Assembly: GCA_963665095.1 (NCBI GenBank)
Contig: OY762069.1
Coordinates: 3,808,001 to 3,872,000 of the forward strand
Direction of reading: 5' to 3'
From: an uncultured Desulfobacter sp.
GTDB taxonomy: Bacteria > Desulfobacterota > Desulfobacteria > Desulfobacterales > Desulfobacteraceae
DNA length: 64,000 nt
The translations under genes and the position numbers were made by a program. Position 1 is the first letter of the stretch. Every line of letters starts with the position of its first letter. Below, piece by piece: positions 26,928-37,920 of the stretch. The notes beneath the pieces were generated by a model that was not told where the DNA came from, searched no databases, and saw only the letters and a list, made by a program, of their open reading frames with translations.

Positions 26928-27956
26928 ATGACAGAGAATTCCACAGAAAACCTGCCATTTTTAATGCTGGCACCGTTGCAGGGTTTCACCGATGTGGTGT
27001 TCAGGCAGGTATTTGCCCGGCATTTCACCGGCATTGACCAGGCCATGGCCCCGTTTATCTCCACCATGGGAGGCCGGCGCCTGAAACCGTCGAGAATCAG
27101 AGACGTGGACCCGCAGTTGAATAAGACCCTTTCCGTTATCCCCCAGATTCTGGGTAACAATCCGGAAGATTTTATCTATCTGGCGGACTATCTTTTTGAC
27201 ATGGGGTACAGGCAGGTGAACTGGAACCTGGGATGTCCCCACTCCAAAATTGCGAAAAAACAACGCGGTTCAGGACTGCTGTCTCACCCGGATAGAATTG
27301 ATGAATTTCTTTCCCGGGTCATCCCGGCCATGAAAGCATCCCTGAGTGTAAAAATCCGCCTGGGACGAAAAACAGCAGAAGAGATAAATGATCTCATGCC
27401 GGTATTTAATAACCACACTCTGGATGAGATTATTCTGCATCCGAGAACCGGTGATCAGATGTACACGGGCAACGCTGATCTTGACGCCTTTGAAAAAGCC
27501 ATGACGGACTGTACTCACCCCATGGTATACAACGGGGATATTGTGGATCTTTTATCCTGGGAACGGGTAAAAAACCGGTTGCCAGTAATACACCGGTTCA
27601 TGATCGGCAGGGGGATTCTCTCCAATCCCTTTCTGGCTGAACAGATCAAGGAAAGTGGCCTGGATTCTCCGGCCCCGGAAAAAGACCATGCACGCCTCAA
27701 GGCTTTTTACCAGGATTTGTTTGAAACCTATAAAGAGGTTTTCTCAGGGCCTGGGCATTTGATTGGTCGCATGAAGGGATTCTGGACCTATATGGGGCCC
27801 TGTTTCGCAGATTATAAAAAACCGCTGAAAAAAATTTTGAAGAGCCATTCCCTGCCGGAATATTGCGACCGGGTGGAAGAGTTCTGGAGGTTGAAGCTGA
27901 CATTCATCCCCGTCAGGAGAGATCAGGCAGATATCAAACAGGCCCGGACCGAATAA
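26928..27956 (+). CDS. tRNA-dihydrouridine synthase family protein
   Basis: LAPLQGFTD, NWNLGCP, HPRT, YNGDI, MIGRG. Start at MTENS chosen; track gives 26859. Confidence 0.88.
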   Translation: MTENSTENLPFLMLAPLQGFTDVVFRQVFARHFTGIDQAMAPFISTMGGRRLKPSRIRDVDPQLNKTLSVIPQILGNNPEDFIYLADYLFDMGYRQVNWNLGCPHSKIAKKQRGSGLLSHPDRIDEFLSRVIPAMKASLSVKIRLGRKTAEEINDLMPVFNNHTLDEIILHPRTGDQMYTGNADLDAFEKAMTDCTHPMVYNGDIVDLLSWERVKNRLPVIHRFMIGRGILSNPFLAEQIKESGLDSPAPEKDHARLKAFYQDLFETYKEVFSGPGHLIGRMKGFWTYMGPCFADYKKPLKKILKSHSLPEYCDRVEEFWRLKLTFIPVRRDQADIKQARTE

Positions 27957-27969
27957 ATCCGGTCCGGGC
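27942..27969. terminator. GC-rich hairpin between convergent dus and fadH genes
   Basis: gcccggaccg / cggtccgggc. Confidence 0.45.
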
Positions 27970-28015
27970 TGTTGGCCAACTGGCTGTGCTGCTTGGGGCA
28001 TGCGATTATCTGCGC

Positions 28016-30016
28016 TTATACGGCAGCGCCTGCCTCATATCCGGAATGGACAGCATCAAAGGCCATCCCCACCTTTGAAGCATCCCCGATGACTTTGCAC
28101 GCAATGCCTAATTTTTCAGCGGTCTCTTCCAAAGGATTGTAGGGCATGGAGCCTGCGGCCACCACCACTGTATCAAAATCCATGGGGCGTATCTCACCGC
28201 CCTGGTCAATCTCAAGCCCGGTTTCAGTGATCTTCACAACCTTTGCCGCGGTTACGGTTTCCACATTAAAACGGCCAAGATCCTGCATCATTCCCCACTT
28301 GGTGGACTTTCCAATATCCTTGCCAATGCGATCCGTCATTTCAATCAGGCACACTTTTTTGGTGCCCCGGGTCGCCATCTGAAACAGGGCCTCGGGGGTT
28401 TCCGCCTTGTTTACAAGTAAAAACCGGATGGTTTCAGCCGGCATTGTCCCTTTTTCCGCCAGGAACAATGCGGTTTCAACGCCCACGGCACCCCCACCGA
28501 TAATGGCCACATGTTTTCCGGTATCCACTTTGTTTTCCAGCACATCCCAGGCACCGGCCACATGGGGCAGATCCCTTCCCGGAATGGGCGGCTCAAGGGG
28601 CAGGGCCCCTGTGGCCAGAATCAACGCGTCCGGCTTCTCTTTTAAAAGGAGGGCCTCATCCACCTCACAATTAAGTACCACGGGAATCTTTTCGGAAGTG
28701 AGCTGATTTTCAAGGTCAACAGAAAACTGGGCAAACTCCTCCCTGCCCGGAGGGGCGGCTGCCAGATGAAGCTGGCCCCCAAGGCGCCCGGACCGTTCGT
28801 ACAAGGTCACCTCATGTCCCCGCCTGGCACAGGTAAGCGCGGCGGTCATGCCGGCGGCGCCACCGCCCACCACCATTACTTTTCTGGCAACATCGGCTTT
28901 TCCTGCAAGCTCCAGCTGCTCGTGTCCTGCCAGGGGGTTACACAGGCATTCAACGGATTTCATTTTAAACAGGTTATCAAAACACCCCTGGGCACAGGCA
29001 ATGCAGTGCACGATCTCCTTTTCCCGGTTCTCACGGGTCTTGATCGGCAGATCAGGATCGGCAATCAGGCTGCGGCCCATGGCCACCATATCGCAGAATC
29101 CTTCATTAATCATATCCCGGGCCGTGGCAGGATCATTGATCCGGTGGCTGGCAATCACCGGCACCTCCACCGCAGACCGGATATCCCGGGCCAGATACCC
29201 GAAAGCGCCCCGGGGCACCTGGGCTACAATTTGAGGCACTCTGGCCTCATGCCATCCCACATTGATACACAGGGCATCCACAGGGCCCTGGGACAATTGC
29301 CTGGCATATTCAATCAGATCGGACCGGTCATTGCCACCCGGCATAAAATCGTTACCATTCATCCGCACGATCAACGGGTATTCAGGTCCCACCGAATCCC
29401 GCACGGCCTGGGCTACTTCCAGTCCAAACCGCATCCGGTTTTCAAGGCTGCCGCCATACTCATCTGTGCGCTGATTGGTCAGAGGGGAGAGAAATTCCGA
29501 AATCAGATATCCGGTACCGGAAAGGATTTCAACAGCATCAAATCCCGCCTTTTTCACCCGGCCGGCAGCGGCGGCAAAGGAGGCTATGGTTTCTTTGATC
29601 TCGCTGATTTCAAGGGCTTTGGGGACCTCCTTTGTCATGCGGGAGGCAACGGCCGACGGCGCAACAGGCTGTTTGCCGTTAAGGAAGAATGAAAAATTGT
29701 ACCGGCCGGCATGGTTGATCTGAACTGCAGACAAACTGCCGTTTTCTTTGATAGCGGCAGCCAGACGGCTTAATCCCGGGATAAATTTATCATCATGGGC
29801 GCCGATGTTCTGGGTATTTCCGGCCAGTTCATCCACCGTGGCATACCCCACACAGATCATACCGGGCCCGCCCCTGGCCCGCCTGGCATAAAAGTCAACG
29901 ATCTGGTCGGTCACCTCAAACTCATTTGCCATCCCCAGGTGCATTGCCGGCATATAAATCCTGTTGGGGACACTTAACTGGTTAATTTGAATGGGGTTGA
30001 ACAAAGGATCACTCAT
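28016..30016 (-). CDS. fadH: 2,4-dienoyl-CoA reductase-like NADH:flavin oxidoreductase
   Basis: OYE barrel (QINHAGR, GYLISEFLSP, RTDEYGGS, GWHEARVP), CIACAQGC..C, FAD/NAD motifs. Confidence 0.82.
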   Translation of the reverse strand: MSDPLFNPIQINQLSVPNRIYMPAMHLGMANEFEVTDQIVDFYARRARGGPGMICVGYATVDELAGNTQNIGAHDDKFIPGLSRLAAAIKENGSLSAVQINHAGRYNFSFFLNGKQPVAPSAVASRMTKEVPKALEISEIKETIASFAAAAGRVKKAGFDAVEILSGTGYLISEFLSPLTNQRTDEYGGSLENRMRFGLEVAQAVRDSVGPEYPLIVRMNGNDFMPGGNDRSDLIEYARQLSQGPVDALCINVGWHEARVPQIVAQVPRGAFGYLARDIRSAVEVPVIASHRINDPATARDMINEGFCDMVAMGRSLIADPDLPIKTRENREKEIVHCIACAQGCFDNLFKMKSVECLCNPLAGHEQLELAGKADVARKVMVVGGGAAGMTAALTCARRGHEVTLYERSGRLGGQLHLAAAPPGREEFAQFSVDLENQLTSEKIPVVLNCEVDEALLLKEKPDALILATGALPLEPPIPGRDLPHVAGAWDVLENKVDTGKHVAIIGGGAVGVETALFLAEKGTMPAETIRFLLVNKAETPEALFQMATRGTKKVCLIEMTDRIGKDIGKSTKWGMMQDLGRFNVETVTAAKVVKITETGLEIDQGGEIRPMDFDTVVVAAGSMPYNPLEETAEKLGIACKVIGDASKVGMAFDAVHSGYEAGAAV

Positions 30017-30046
30017 TGCGCCTCCTTAAATTAAATTGAGAATGAA

Positions 30047-30757
30047 TTAAACGTCAGGATTTTTAAGTCCTTTAAATGCAATCAGTCTTTTTTGAAGGAT
30101 ACGGTCTGTAACATAGGCTCGAAGGGAGCGGGCCACCCGGGTGATTTCAAGGGTAAGCGCTGCATTTTCCTGGAAATCCAGATCCCGGGTATGGGCATCT
30201 CTTAAGGCAATTTCAGCATCCACAATCTGTCTGGCAAACTTGGAATAAAAAGAAAAATCTTCCGGATGAAATCCCAACTCCATGCAGGTTTTCAACTGAC
30301 AGGCCAGATCCAGGTCCTGGCTGTCAAAAGAACTGTCTTCCAGGGGAATAATCAGCTCCAGCCGGCACAGGGTGTCAAGTTCATCCGGTGTTAACCCGGC
30401 CGCTCTGGCAAAGGACCTGGGTTTCATTTTATTGTCAGTTTCCCCGAATATGCTGGACTGAAGTTCCAGGAGCGGAGCAATGTCCCGGCCCCTGTCCATC
30501 TCTTTTAAAAGCCCCTTGATGGCTGCCAGGGGCAGGCGATGGCTGGCCTGAATATTTTTAATAAACTGGATGCGCGGAATACAGTCCGGATCATAATAGG
30601 CCATGTTTGGGCATGTTTTCAAAGGCGCTGGTAAAAGCCCTTTGGTCACATATAAAAGGATGGTGGATTTGGGCACGCCTGTGGCATCGGCAAGCTCCTT
30701 CATTTTGAGCATGGGAACATCCTGGGTATTTGTTGGCCGTCCCTTTGATTCGCCCAT
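30047..30757 (-). CDS. MerR-family transcriptional regulator
   Basis: LKMKELADATGVPKSTILLYVTKGLLP HTH. Confidence 0.85.
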   Translation of the reverse strand: MGESKGRPTNTQDVPMLKMKELADATGVPKSTILLYVTKGLLPAPLKTCPNMAYYDPDCIPRIQFIKNIQASHRLPLAAIKGLLKEMDRGRDIAPLLELQSSIFGETDNKMKPRSFARAAGLTPDELDTLCRLELIIPLEDSSFDSQDLDLACQLKTCMELGFHPEDFSFYSKFARQIVDAEIALRDAHTRDLDFQENAALTLEITRVARSLRAYVTDRILQKRLIAFKGLKNPDV

Positions 30758-30820
30758 TCAAACCTCCTCAGCCCTTGTTTATACATAAAAAGTAAAAACC
30801 AACACTTTACACTTTTCATG

Positions 30821-30850
30821 ATCATAATAAAGTGGACAGGGAAATGTCAA
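30821..30850 (-). promoter_or_regulatory. Sigma70-type promoter for merR-fadH
   Basis: TTGACA-18 nt-TATGAT on the minus strand. Confidence 0.55.
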
Positions 30851-30881
30851 CAAAATAAAAACAGCGCGGAAAGAAGGTATG

Positions 30882-32300
30882 TTATGGGTTCTGAAGAGGG
30901 ATATCCCACTTTTTCATATATTTCCACACAAGGGTCCGGCTTTTGCCTAACTGCCGGGCGACTTCTGCCTTGTTCCAGCCGCAGGCGTCCAGAAGTGTCA
31001 CAAGACGGTCCCGGGTCAAAGGCGTACGGGACTGGGATGGGGAAGCAGGGGATACGGCAGAAGACCAGCCTGCTGCCGGTGATAGTCCCGCTTCCAGGCC
31101 GCAGACTTCAGGCGGCAGATCCGCCAGGGCTATCTCCTTCCTACGGCAAAGCACAAACCCATGGGCAATTGCATTTTCAAGTTCACGTACGTTTCCGGGC
31201 CATCGGTAGGCCATCAGCGCCTTCATAGCCTCGGGAGTGACACTGCTGATATTCATTCCCTCCTGCTTATTTCCCTTTTCAATAAAATGGCGGACCAGCA
31301 AGGGAATATCTTCAAGCCGCTCCCGCAGGGTCGGCAGCCTGATGGGGAACACTTTGAGGCGGTAATACAGATCCTCCCGGAACGTACCCTCCCGGACAAG
31401 GGTATTCAAATCCTTGTGGGTGGCGGCAATGATCCGTATATCGATTTTCTTTTTGCGGACATCCCCCACCCGTTCAATTTCTCTCTCCTGAAGTACCCTG
31501 AGAAGCTTCACCTGCATATAGGGGGTCAATTCACCGATTTCATCCAGAAATATAGTACCGGTATCTGCCTGCTCAAAACGCCCGATCCGGTCTTTATGGG
31601 CTCCGGTAAACGCCCCTTTGACGTGGCCGAACAACTCGCTCTCCAGCAGGGTTTCTGACAGGGCGGAACAGTTCACTGTCACCAGGGGCCTATGCGCACC
31701 TCCCGCTTCATAATGAATAGCCCGGGCCACAAGCTCCTTGCCGGTACCACTCTCTCCCTGGATCAGAATGGTGGCGCGACTGTCAGCAGCCGCCCGGATG
31801 GCATGGAAAACCGTTTCCATGGCTGATGATCGGCCAATGATATTGCCCAGGGAATATCGCTTCCCCAACTGCTTCTCCAGCTGCTGTTTCGCAGAGACTT
31901 CCCTGGCCTTAATGGCTTTGAGCTCAGTCAGATCGGTCAGGGTCTCCACAATCCCCAGGATATTATCATGGTGATCATGTACCAGCCGTGCATTTTTAAT
32001 CACCGGCACATCATAGCCGTCCTTATGCCGGATATAGCACTCCTTGGCTTCAGTCTTACCATGCTCCAGCACACCGCACTGGGAAATATCCGTTGGATTG
32101 GACTGATCATAGCACCGGCTGCACTTGATCAGCCGGCAGCTTTGTCCCACTGCCTCTTTTTCTGTGTACCCGCTGATATTTTCCATGGCCCGGTTCCAGG
32201 CGGTAATTTTCCCCTCCTGGTCCAGAGTAAACAATCCCTCGGCCATTGCATCCAGAATATGGTTTAAAAAAGTTGCATTCCATATATCACTGTTTTTCAC
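30882..32300 (-). CDS. PAS-domain sigma54-dependent activator
   Basis: [40 protein letters not shown]-terminal Fis-like HTH. Start uncertain (GTG 32300; track 32426). Confidence 0.92.
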   Translation of the reverse strand: MKNSDIWNATFLNHILDAMAEGLFTLDQEGKITAWNRAMENISGYTEKEAVGQSCRLIKCSRCYDQSNPTDISQCGVLEHGKTEAKECYIRHKDGYDVPVIKNARLVHDHHDNILGIVETLTDLTELKAIKAREVSAKQQLEKQLGKRYSLGNIIGRSSAMETVFHAIRAAADSRATILIQGESGTGKELVARAIHYEAGGAHRPLVTVNCSALSETLLESELFGHVKGAFTGAHKDRIGRFEQADTGTIFLDEIGELTPYMQVKLLRVLQEREIERVGDVRKKKIDIRIIAATHKDLNTLVREGTFREDLYYRLKVFPIRLPTLRERLEDIPLLVRHFIEKGNKQEGMNISSVTPEAMKALMAYRWPGNVRELENAIAHGFVLCRRKEIALADLPPEVCGLEAGLSPAAGWSSAVSPASPSQSRTPLTRDRLVTLLDACGWNKAEVARQLGKSRTLVWKYMKKWDIPLQNP

Positions 32301-32702
32301 GAAATCACCCGTTATCTTAACGTTACCAAACACCGGGCCATGATAAAGTAACGTTACACAACAATCAATCGTTATTCTCAAACGGGTTATCTTTTTTCTT
32401 CTTATCTGTCCCCTGACAGGCATCACGCATTCAGGTCGATACGCCCATTTTGGGCAGGATATAAATCTGCAACAGCAGATAAAACACCAAAAACCCGATC
32501 ATTAATAAAAGCTCCATTTTTTCTCCTTTGCATCATTTTAGTATCTCTTAACAAATCATTATCATTCTACTGGTTACCAAGCCTGCACCTTGTATAAAAG
32601 GCTTTTGGACTTATACTTGAGACATGTAGCAAACCACATGCCACTGCCTCCCAAAAAGGATTTTGGGAAAGGGGAACCGCAGAACAGATAAAGGAGGTTA
32701 CT

Positions 32703-32891
32703 ATGCCCATTTTTGAATACACCTGCAAACAGTGCAAGAAAGAATTTGAAACTTTAGTTTTTTCTTCCAGGGACCCGGCACCCCAATGCCCTGCGTGCGG
32801 CAGCCAGGAGGTAGCCAAGAAAGTGAGTGCCGCAAGCCTGACCAGGAGCGGGGGCTGTACTCCTTCAACGTCCGGCAGAAAATTTGGCTGA
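32703..32891 (+). CDS. FmdB-family zinc-ribbon protein
   Basis: MPIFEYTCKQC..FE..CPACGS; AAGGAGG RBS. Confidence 0.88.
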   Translation: MPIFEYTCKQCKKEFETLVFSSRDPAPQCPACGSQEVAKKVSAASLTRSGGCTPSTSGRKFG

Positions 32892-33075
32892 GCCAGTTAA
32901 AATTCCGGCGCCGGTCGGTGCCGTTCAATGGCTCATCCACGAAGGCATTGCAGGCTTAAAACAGATATTCAGCATCATCTTATTTAAAATAATGAGGATT
33001 TAGACTTGCTTATTTGCCATTTTCACTATTATATCAAACTGACTGCTTGAAAAAACAGACTAAGGAGATCCCAGA

Positions 33076-33606
33076 ATGATTCAGAAAATCGACCGTATCT
33101 TATTTGCTTCGGACCTGTCCGAGAACATGAAAGAGGTGTTTGAGCATGCAGTCTCTTTTTCCTCTTATACCGGGGCTAAAATCATCGTGCTTCATGTCAT
33201 GGAAGAGGCCAGCAAAAATGCAGAAAAACTTGTACAGCGTGCATTTGGGGAAAAACTGTACAACTCCCTTCGATCTGAACATAAAACCGGTGCCAGGAAT
33301 ATTTTGACAGGTAAAAATGTGGATGCCCTGCGTATCCGCCAGGCAATTGCCGGCTTCCTTGAAAACAGAGAAGAAGCGGAAGAGATTGTTGAACAAGGCT
33401 CTCCCATTGAAAAAATTCTTGTAACAGAAAGTCGATCCATTGCAGATGAAATTACCCAGACAGCTGTTGCGGAAGCGTGTGGAGCCATCATTATGGGATG
33501 TGGACACCACAGTTTTATCGCAAACGCCATAGGGGACAATATTGCCCGCAAGATACTTAAACGCGCAACAGTTCCTGTTCTGGTCGTCCCCCTTTTAAAA
33601 GGGTAA
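33076..33606 (+). CDS. Universal stress protein
   Basis: RILFASDLS..LHV..IIMG..G.IARKILKRATVPVLVVP. Confidence 0.88.
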   Translation: MIQKIDRILFASDLSENMKEVFEHAVSFSSYTGAKIIVLHVMEEASKNAEKLVQRAFGEKLYNSLRSEHKTGARNILTGKNVDALRIRQAIAGFLENREEAEEIVEQGSPIEKILVTESRSIADEITQTAVAEACGAIIMGCGHHSFIANAIGDNIARKILKRATVPVLVVPLLKG

Positions 33607-33715
33607 AAGACCCTGGACTCCGGGCCGCTTTGAATCGCTGCTTTCGATAATCTTTAGCCTGTGATATACCTTTGCGTCGTTGTGCAGATAAAACAAGCCT
33701 GATTGTGGAGGTGGT

Positions 33716-34099
33716 ATGGCAGAGATATCTGATATTGTATTGATTTATCTGGAAGAAGCACCGGTCAGCTTTGCCCGGGTTGAAGATATTGTGCCGGATC
33801 ATAAAAAGGACTGGTATCAGATCAGCCTGCTCATGCTCCAGATTCCGTTACAGGTCGTTACCTGGATTTTAAGGGAGGAGTATATCAACGGCGAGATTTT
33901 TTCCATGAACGGTAAAAAAATGCGCCTGGAGCGCGTGGAAGCCCCTGCCCGCGTAGTTGAAGATGATTCTTCACTCACACCTCCCCACAAAAATAAGCAG
34001 TCACCTGAACCAGACACCACCTCAGACAGAAAACAGGGAAAGATCATCTCTTTTTCTGATCTAAAAAACCAAAAAAACGGACAGGACCCCGACATTTGA
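33716..34099 (+). CDS. Hypothetical protein
   Basis: GGAGG RBS, overlaps next gene; no recognised family. Confidence 0.75.
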   Translation: MAEISDIVLIYLEEAPVSFARVEDIVPDHKKDWYQISLLMLQIPLQVVTWILREEYINGEIFSMNGKKMRLERVEAPARVVEDDSSLTPPHKNKQSPEPDTTSDRKQGKIISFSDLKNQKNGQDPDI

Positions 34100-35001
34100 C
34101 AGAGGCAGCGGGCATCCTGTCTGCATCCCGGCGTACGGACATACCGGGGTGGTACACACCCTGGTTTCTGGACAGGGTTGAAAAGGGGTGGTTTCCCGTC
34201 ACCAACCCCTTTAACAGGCAGACCCGGAAAGTCAGTGCCAGGCCTGAGGATATTCACACAATTGTTTTCTGGTCTAAAAATTATGGCCCGTTTCTGGAAC
34301 TGGATGCCCACAGAATTCTGGCAGAAAAAGGCTTTCACCTTTTCTTTAACTTTACCATTAACACACCATCCAAAGATCTTGAGCCGGTCCTGCCGCACCT
34401 GGATATCCGCCTGACCCAGGCCCGGCGCATTGCCGAAAACCTAAACCCCGCCCAAATCGCATGGCGCTTTGACCCGATCTGCTTTTATGAAAAAAATGGA
34501 CAGTTAATGGATAATATCAGCGGGTTTAAACACATTGCAAGAGAACTGTCCGACATGGGCATTACCCGGTGTATCACCAGCTTTTACGACCCTTATAAAA
34601 AAGTGGAACAACGCACCAGGCGCCTGGCAGAAAAAGGCAACCCATATATCCGTTTTATTGACCCGAACGTTGAAACAAAACAGCTGGTGATTTCACATAT
34701 GTCCGATTTCCTGGCAGATCTGGGTATCCGCCTTTTTTTATGCTGTGAAAAAGAGTTGCTGGATAGTTCTGGTCTTAAGGGAAATGCGGCTCCCAGTGCC
34801 TGTATTGACGGACATCTGTACAAACACTTGTTTGGCGGAACCCCCGAGACACATGCTGATTATGGGCAACGGCGCAAACAAGGCTGCAGGTGTACCAGAT
34901 CCTTTGATATTGGCAGCTACGATGAACACCCCTGCTTCCATAACTGTCTTTTCTGCTATGCCAGGACAGGACAGGACACACAAAACCGGGGACGCCTATG
35001 A
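34096..35001 (+). CDS. DUF1848-family protein
   Basis: SASRRTDIP, VFWSKN, WRFDP, DIGSY...CFHNCLFCYA. Confidence 0.88.
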   Translation: MTEAAGILSASRRTDIPGWYTPWFLDRVEKGWFPVTNPFNRQTRKVSARPEDIHTIVFWSKNYGPFLELDAHRILAEKGFHLFFNFTINTPSKDLEPVLPHLDIRLTQARRIAENLNPAQIAWRFDPICFYEKNGQLMDNISGFKHIARELSDMGITRCITSFYDPYKKVEQRTRRLAEKGNPYIRFIDPNVETKQLVISHMSDFLADLGIRLFLCCEKELLDSSGLKGNAAPSACIDGHLYKHLFGGTPETHADYGQRRKQGCRCTRSFDIGSYDEHPCFHNCLFCYARTGQDTQNRGRL

Positions 35002-35966
35002 AAATAAAAGATCTGGAAGTCAAAGGAATTACCTTTTTAGCCCCTTTGGCAGGGATTACCAACCTGCCATTCAGACAGCTTGTCAAAGAGTGCGGGTGCG
35101 CAGTGGTATGTTCGGAGATGATCAGCGCCAAGGGGATATTTTACAACTCAGAAAATACCCTGACGCTGCTCAAATCCCATGCGAGTGAGCGGCCTTTGTC
35201 GGTCCAGATATTTGGTGCAGATCCAGTATCCATGGGTAGGGCCGCCGCCTTTATTGATGATCTGGGTACAGCAGATATCATTGACATCAATTTTGGCTGC
35301 TCCGTTAGGAAGGTGGTCAAACAAGGGGCCGGCGTCAGCTTAATGAAGGATTTAACCCTTGCGGAAAAAGTATTAAACGCAGTCAGAAATGCCACAAGCC
35401 TTCCTTTTACGATTAAAATTAGAAGCGGATGGGATGCCTCTGGAGCCCAGGCGTTTGCCCTGGCTAAGATCGCCGAAACCTCAGGTGTGGATGCCATTGC
35501 ATTTCACCCGCGCACTGCTGTTCAGGGGTTCAGGGGCAAAGCGGACTGGCAGCTGATCCGGCGCCTTAAACAGGAGGTGGGGGTTCCTGTAATCGGCAAT
35601 GGGGATATCATCACCCCGGAGGATGCGGGTCGAATGATATCACAGACTGGCTGCGACGGCGTTATGGTCGGCCGGGCCTCAATGTCCAATCCGTTTATCC
35701 TGTCACAGATTGAACAGTTTGCAGCCCATGGCAACTACATCCGGCCGGCCCCTTGCGACATTTTCAGAAAAATGGAATCTCTGACCCTGCGCTATGTATC
35801 CTTTTTCGGGGAGGAGACGGGGTGCAAAATGCTCAGGGGACGGCTTTCCTGGTTTATCCGTGGGCTTCCCGGCGCATCCGCATTCCGAAGAGATTTATCC
35901 ACGCTGCAAAGCTGCTGTCACGCCCTTGAACTCATTCGCCGATTTGAGGCTGGACTTATGGTTTAG
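34998..35966 (+). CDS. dusB: tRNA-dihydrouridine synthase DusB
   Basis: LAPLAGIT, SEMISA, DINFGC, KIRSGWD, GNGDI, GVMVGR. Confidence 0.88.
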   Translation: MKIKDLEVKGITFLAPLAGITNLPFRQLVKECGCAVVCSEMISAKGIFYNSENTLTLLKSHASERPLSVQIFGADPVSMGRAAAFIDDLGTADIIDINFGCSVRKVVKQGAGVSLMKDLTLAEKVLNAVRNATSLPFTIKIRSGWDASGAQAFALAKIAETSGVDAIAFHPRTAVQGFRGKADWQLIRRLKQEVGVPVIGNGDIITPEDAGRMISQTGCDGVMVGRASMSNPFILSQIEQFAAHGNYIRPAPCDIFRKMESLTLRYVSFFGEETGCKMLRGRLSWFIRGLPGASAFRRDLSTLQSCCHALELIRRFEAGLMV

Positions 35967-36357
35967 TGTACTCGGCAGATCCCACAGACGAAATCCCGCC
36001 CCTGGGCGTGAATTCGCCTGTCACTTTCATATAAAGTGGGTTTATCACTAAGACCAGATCATCCAGAATTTTATTCACCACATGTTCGTAAAACATCCCG
36101 ACATTTCTGTACTGCATCAAATAATATTTAAGAGACTTCAGCTCTACAAGATGCGCATCCGGGCGATATTCAATAATGATGGTACCGTTATCGGGTAACC
36201 CGGTCATGGGACAGACGGAGGTGTACTCCGGCTGGGTGATTTTTATATCAATACTGCGTTTTGATTTATATGCATAATCAATAGGCTCAAGCAAATCCGG
36301 GACTATCACATCGGCCGAATCCACTGTAAACGGAGTGTCGTAATGTTTATTTTCCAT
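35956..36357 (-). CDS. queF: PreQ1 synthase (7-cyano-7-deazaguanine reductase)
   Basis: EYTSVCPMTGLPD, VELKSLKYYL, FYEH, FTPRGGI. Confidence 0.95.
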   Translation of the reverse strand: MENKHYDTPFTVDSADVIVPDLLEPIDYAYKSKRSIDIKITQPEYTSVCPMTGLPDNGTIIIEYRPDAHLVELKSLKYYLMQYRNVGMFYEHVVNKILDDLVLVINPLYMKVTGEFTPRGGISSVGSAEYTKP

Positions 36358-36739
36358 ATTAATATTTCTTTAACAAACCTTTACAAATCTTTACCCTAAA
36401 ATAGACCCCTATGGGTTGGTATTTTCTTCAGAATTATGGTAGCATACCTGTTAGAAGTATACAATATACTTCAACAATGGAATTGCTTGGGAACGGTTCG
36501 CTTCGACAGATAAATCCGTGGCAATACAAAAGTTGGGAAATTATTTAAAATTCTCTTGACAAGCGACCTTAAAAATAGATAAAAATCCCTGCATTCTGTT
36601 AGACTTTAATTTAATTAACTACATCCTTTTACTGCTCGCATTTGTTGATTAAGGAACAGCTGAAATTTTTTTCACAGCGCACATATATATCTATTATATA
36701 TTTATGCAGCAGAAGGATACCTAAGGAGGAAAAAGATAA

Positions 36740-37528
36740 ATGAACGATTTTTTGCAGAGCCTTCGTAACGGCCAGGCAGAGAAGGCGCGAACCCCCAAAA
36801 CGCGAAAAAGCTTTGACAACTCGTATCACTACTCAAGTGGTACCAGATTTCATTCATATCCCAACGGTGGATATCAAAACACCAGAACACCCCAGATGAA
36901 AAGACCGGGCGCCCCGGGTATGCCCCAGCCCATGGGCAACCAAGTTCCTGTCGAAGAGCCGAATTCCGTTCTTATAGCCGACATTCTGGATAACTTAAGT
37001 TCCCAGATCGATATTCTGGTTAAAAACCAGGAATACATGATTACAATCCAGGAACGGACAGCTGACCTGCTTCAGCGTCAGGCCGATGCCATTGAAATAA
37101 TAATGGAAAGCCTTAGTGGTTCAGAGAACACAATGGCTGCCCCCGCCCCAGCTTTTGAGCATCACTATGTATCTTCCCAGGATGAAGATGAAAGTTTTGA
37201 CGAAACAGTGGGAGACCTGCTTAAAGCTGAAATGGTTGAAGAAGAACGTAGAAAAGCAGCAGCGCAGACACCTGCTGTTAAAAAACGCAGAAAAATTGTC
37301 GCCCCGGCGACCCAGCCGGCCCCGTCAGCGCCAACGCCTTTGTCATCCAATTCAACAGCAGAGCTACTCCCCCGAGATGAAATCATGAATATTATCAACA
37401 TGATGCGGGAGCAAGGCGCTACCTATGACCAGGTAGCCAAACACCTTATTGACCTTGGGCAGCCAACGTTTTCAGGCCGTGGAGAGTGGCACGCACAAAC
37501 CATCCACAGACTGTGTAGCAATAAATAA
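36740..37528 (+). CDS. Hypothetical protein: coiled coil plus C-terminal recombinase-like HTH
   Basis: AAGGAGG RBS; C-terminal GATYDQVAKHL..GQPTFSGRGEWHAQTIHRL. Confidence 0.75.
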   Translation: MNDFLQSLRNGQAEKARTPKTRKSFDNSYHYSSGTRFHSYPNGGYQNTRTPQMKRPGAPGMPQPMGNQVPVEEPNSVLIADILDNLSSQIDILVKNQEYMITIQERTADLLQRQADAIEIIMESLSGSENTMAAPAPAFEHHYVSSQDEDESFDETVGDLLKAEMVEEERRKAAAQTPAVKKRRKIVAPATQPAPSAPTPLSSNSTAELLPRDEIMNIINMMREQGATYDQVAKHLIDLGQPTFSGRGEWHAQTIHRLCSNK

Positions 37529-37552
37529 AATCTAAAAGACCTAAGAATTTCT

Positions 37553-37588
37553 AAAACAGCCGGCAGGGACCAGCCCTCCGGCTGTTTT
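37553..37588. terminator. Bidirectional intrinsic terminator
   Basis: aaaacagccgg / ccggctgtttt between convergent genes. Confidence 0.7.
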
Positions 37589-37590
37589 TC

Positions 37591-37893
37591 TTATTTCCCC
37601 TCCCGCAGCCGGGCCATGTATTCATCCCATTCTGCCGGCAGCAGCTGGCGTTTTTGGGTATTGCACGCCTTACAGCAGGGCACCAGATTGAATTTTTCCG
37701 AACGCCCCCCCCTGGAAATGGGGATCACATGATCCATGGTCAGTTCCCTGGGTGGAAACTGCCCTTTGCAATAATGACAGATCCCGGATGCCCGCTTTCG
37801 CTTCCACCACTGGCTGCTCTTAAGCTGCCGTGCTTTCGTCCGTTCCTGTTTTAAAACAGCTTCGTCGGGAAAAGAAAAAAAAGGCTCCATCAC
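37591..37893 (-). CDS. Small HNH endonuclease-family protein
   Basis: CHYC..LTMDHVIP.SRGG....NLVPCCKACN. Confidence 0.88.
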   Translation of the reverse strand: MMEPFFSFPDEAVLKQERTKARQLKSSQWWKRKRASGICHYCKGQFPPRELTMDHVIPISRGGRSEKFNLVPCCKACNTQKRQLLPAEWDEYMARLREGK

Positions 37894-37920
37894 CTCGCCA
37901 TATCGTCATACAGACTTTTA

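Noticed and set aside
36360..36540. PreQ1 riboswitch upstream of queF
   Set aside because: No recognisable preQ1 stem-loop plus A-rich tail on the minus strand.
37591..37893. HNH gene as a mobile or defence element
   Set aside because: Sits at the end of the his-engB-era housekeeping run with no mobility signatures.
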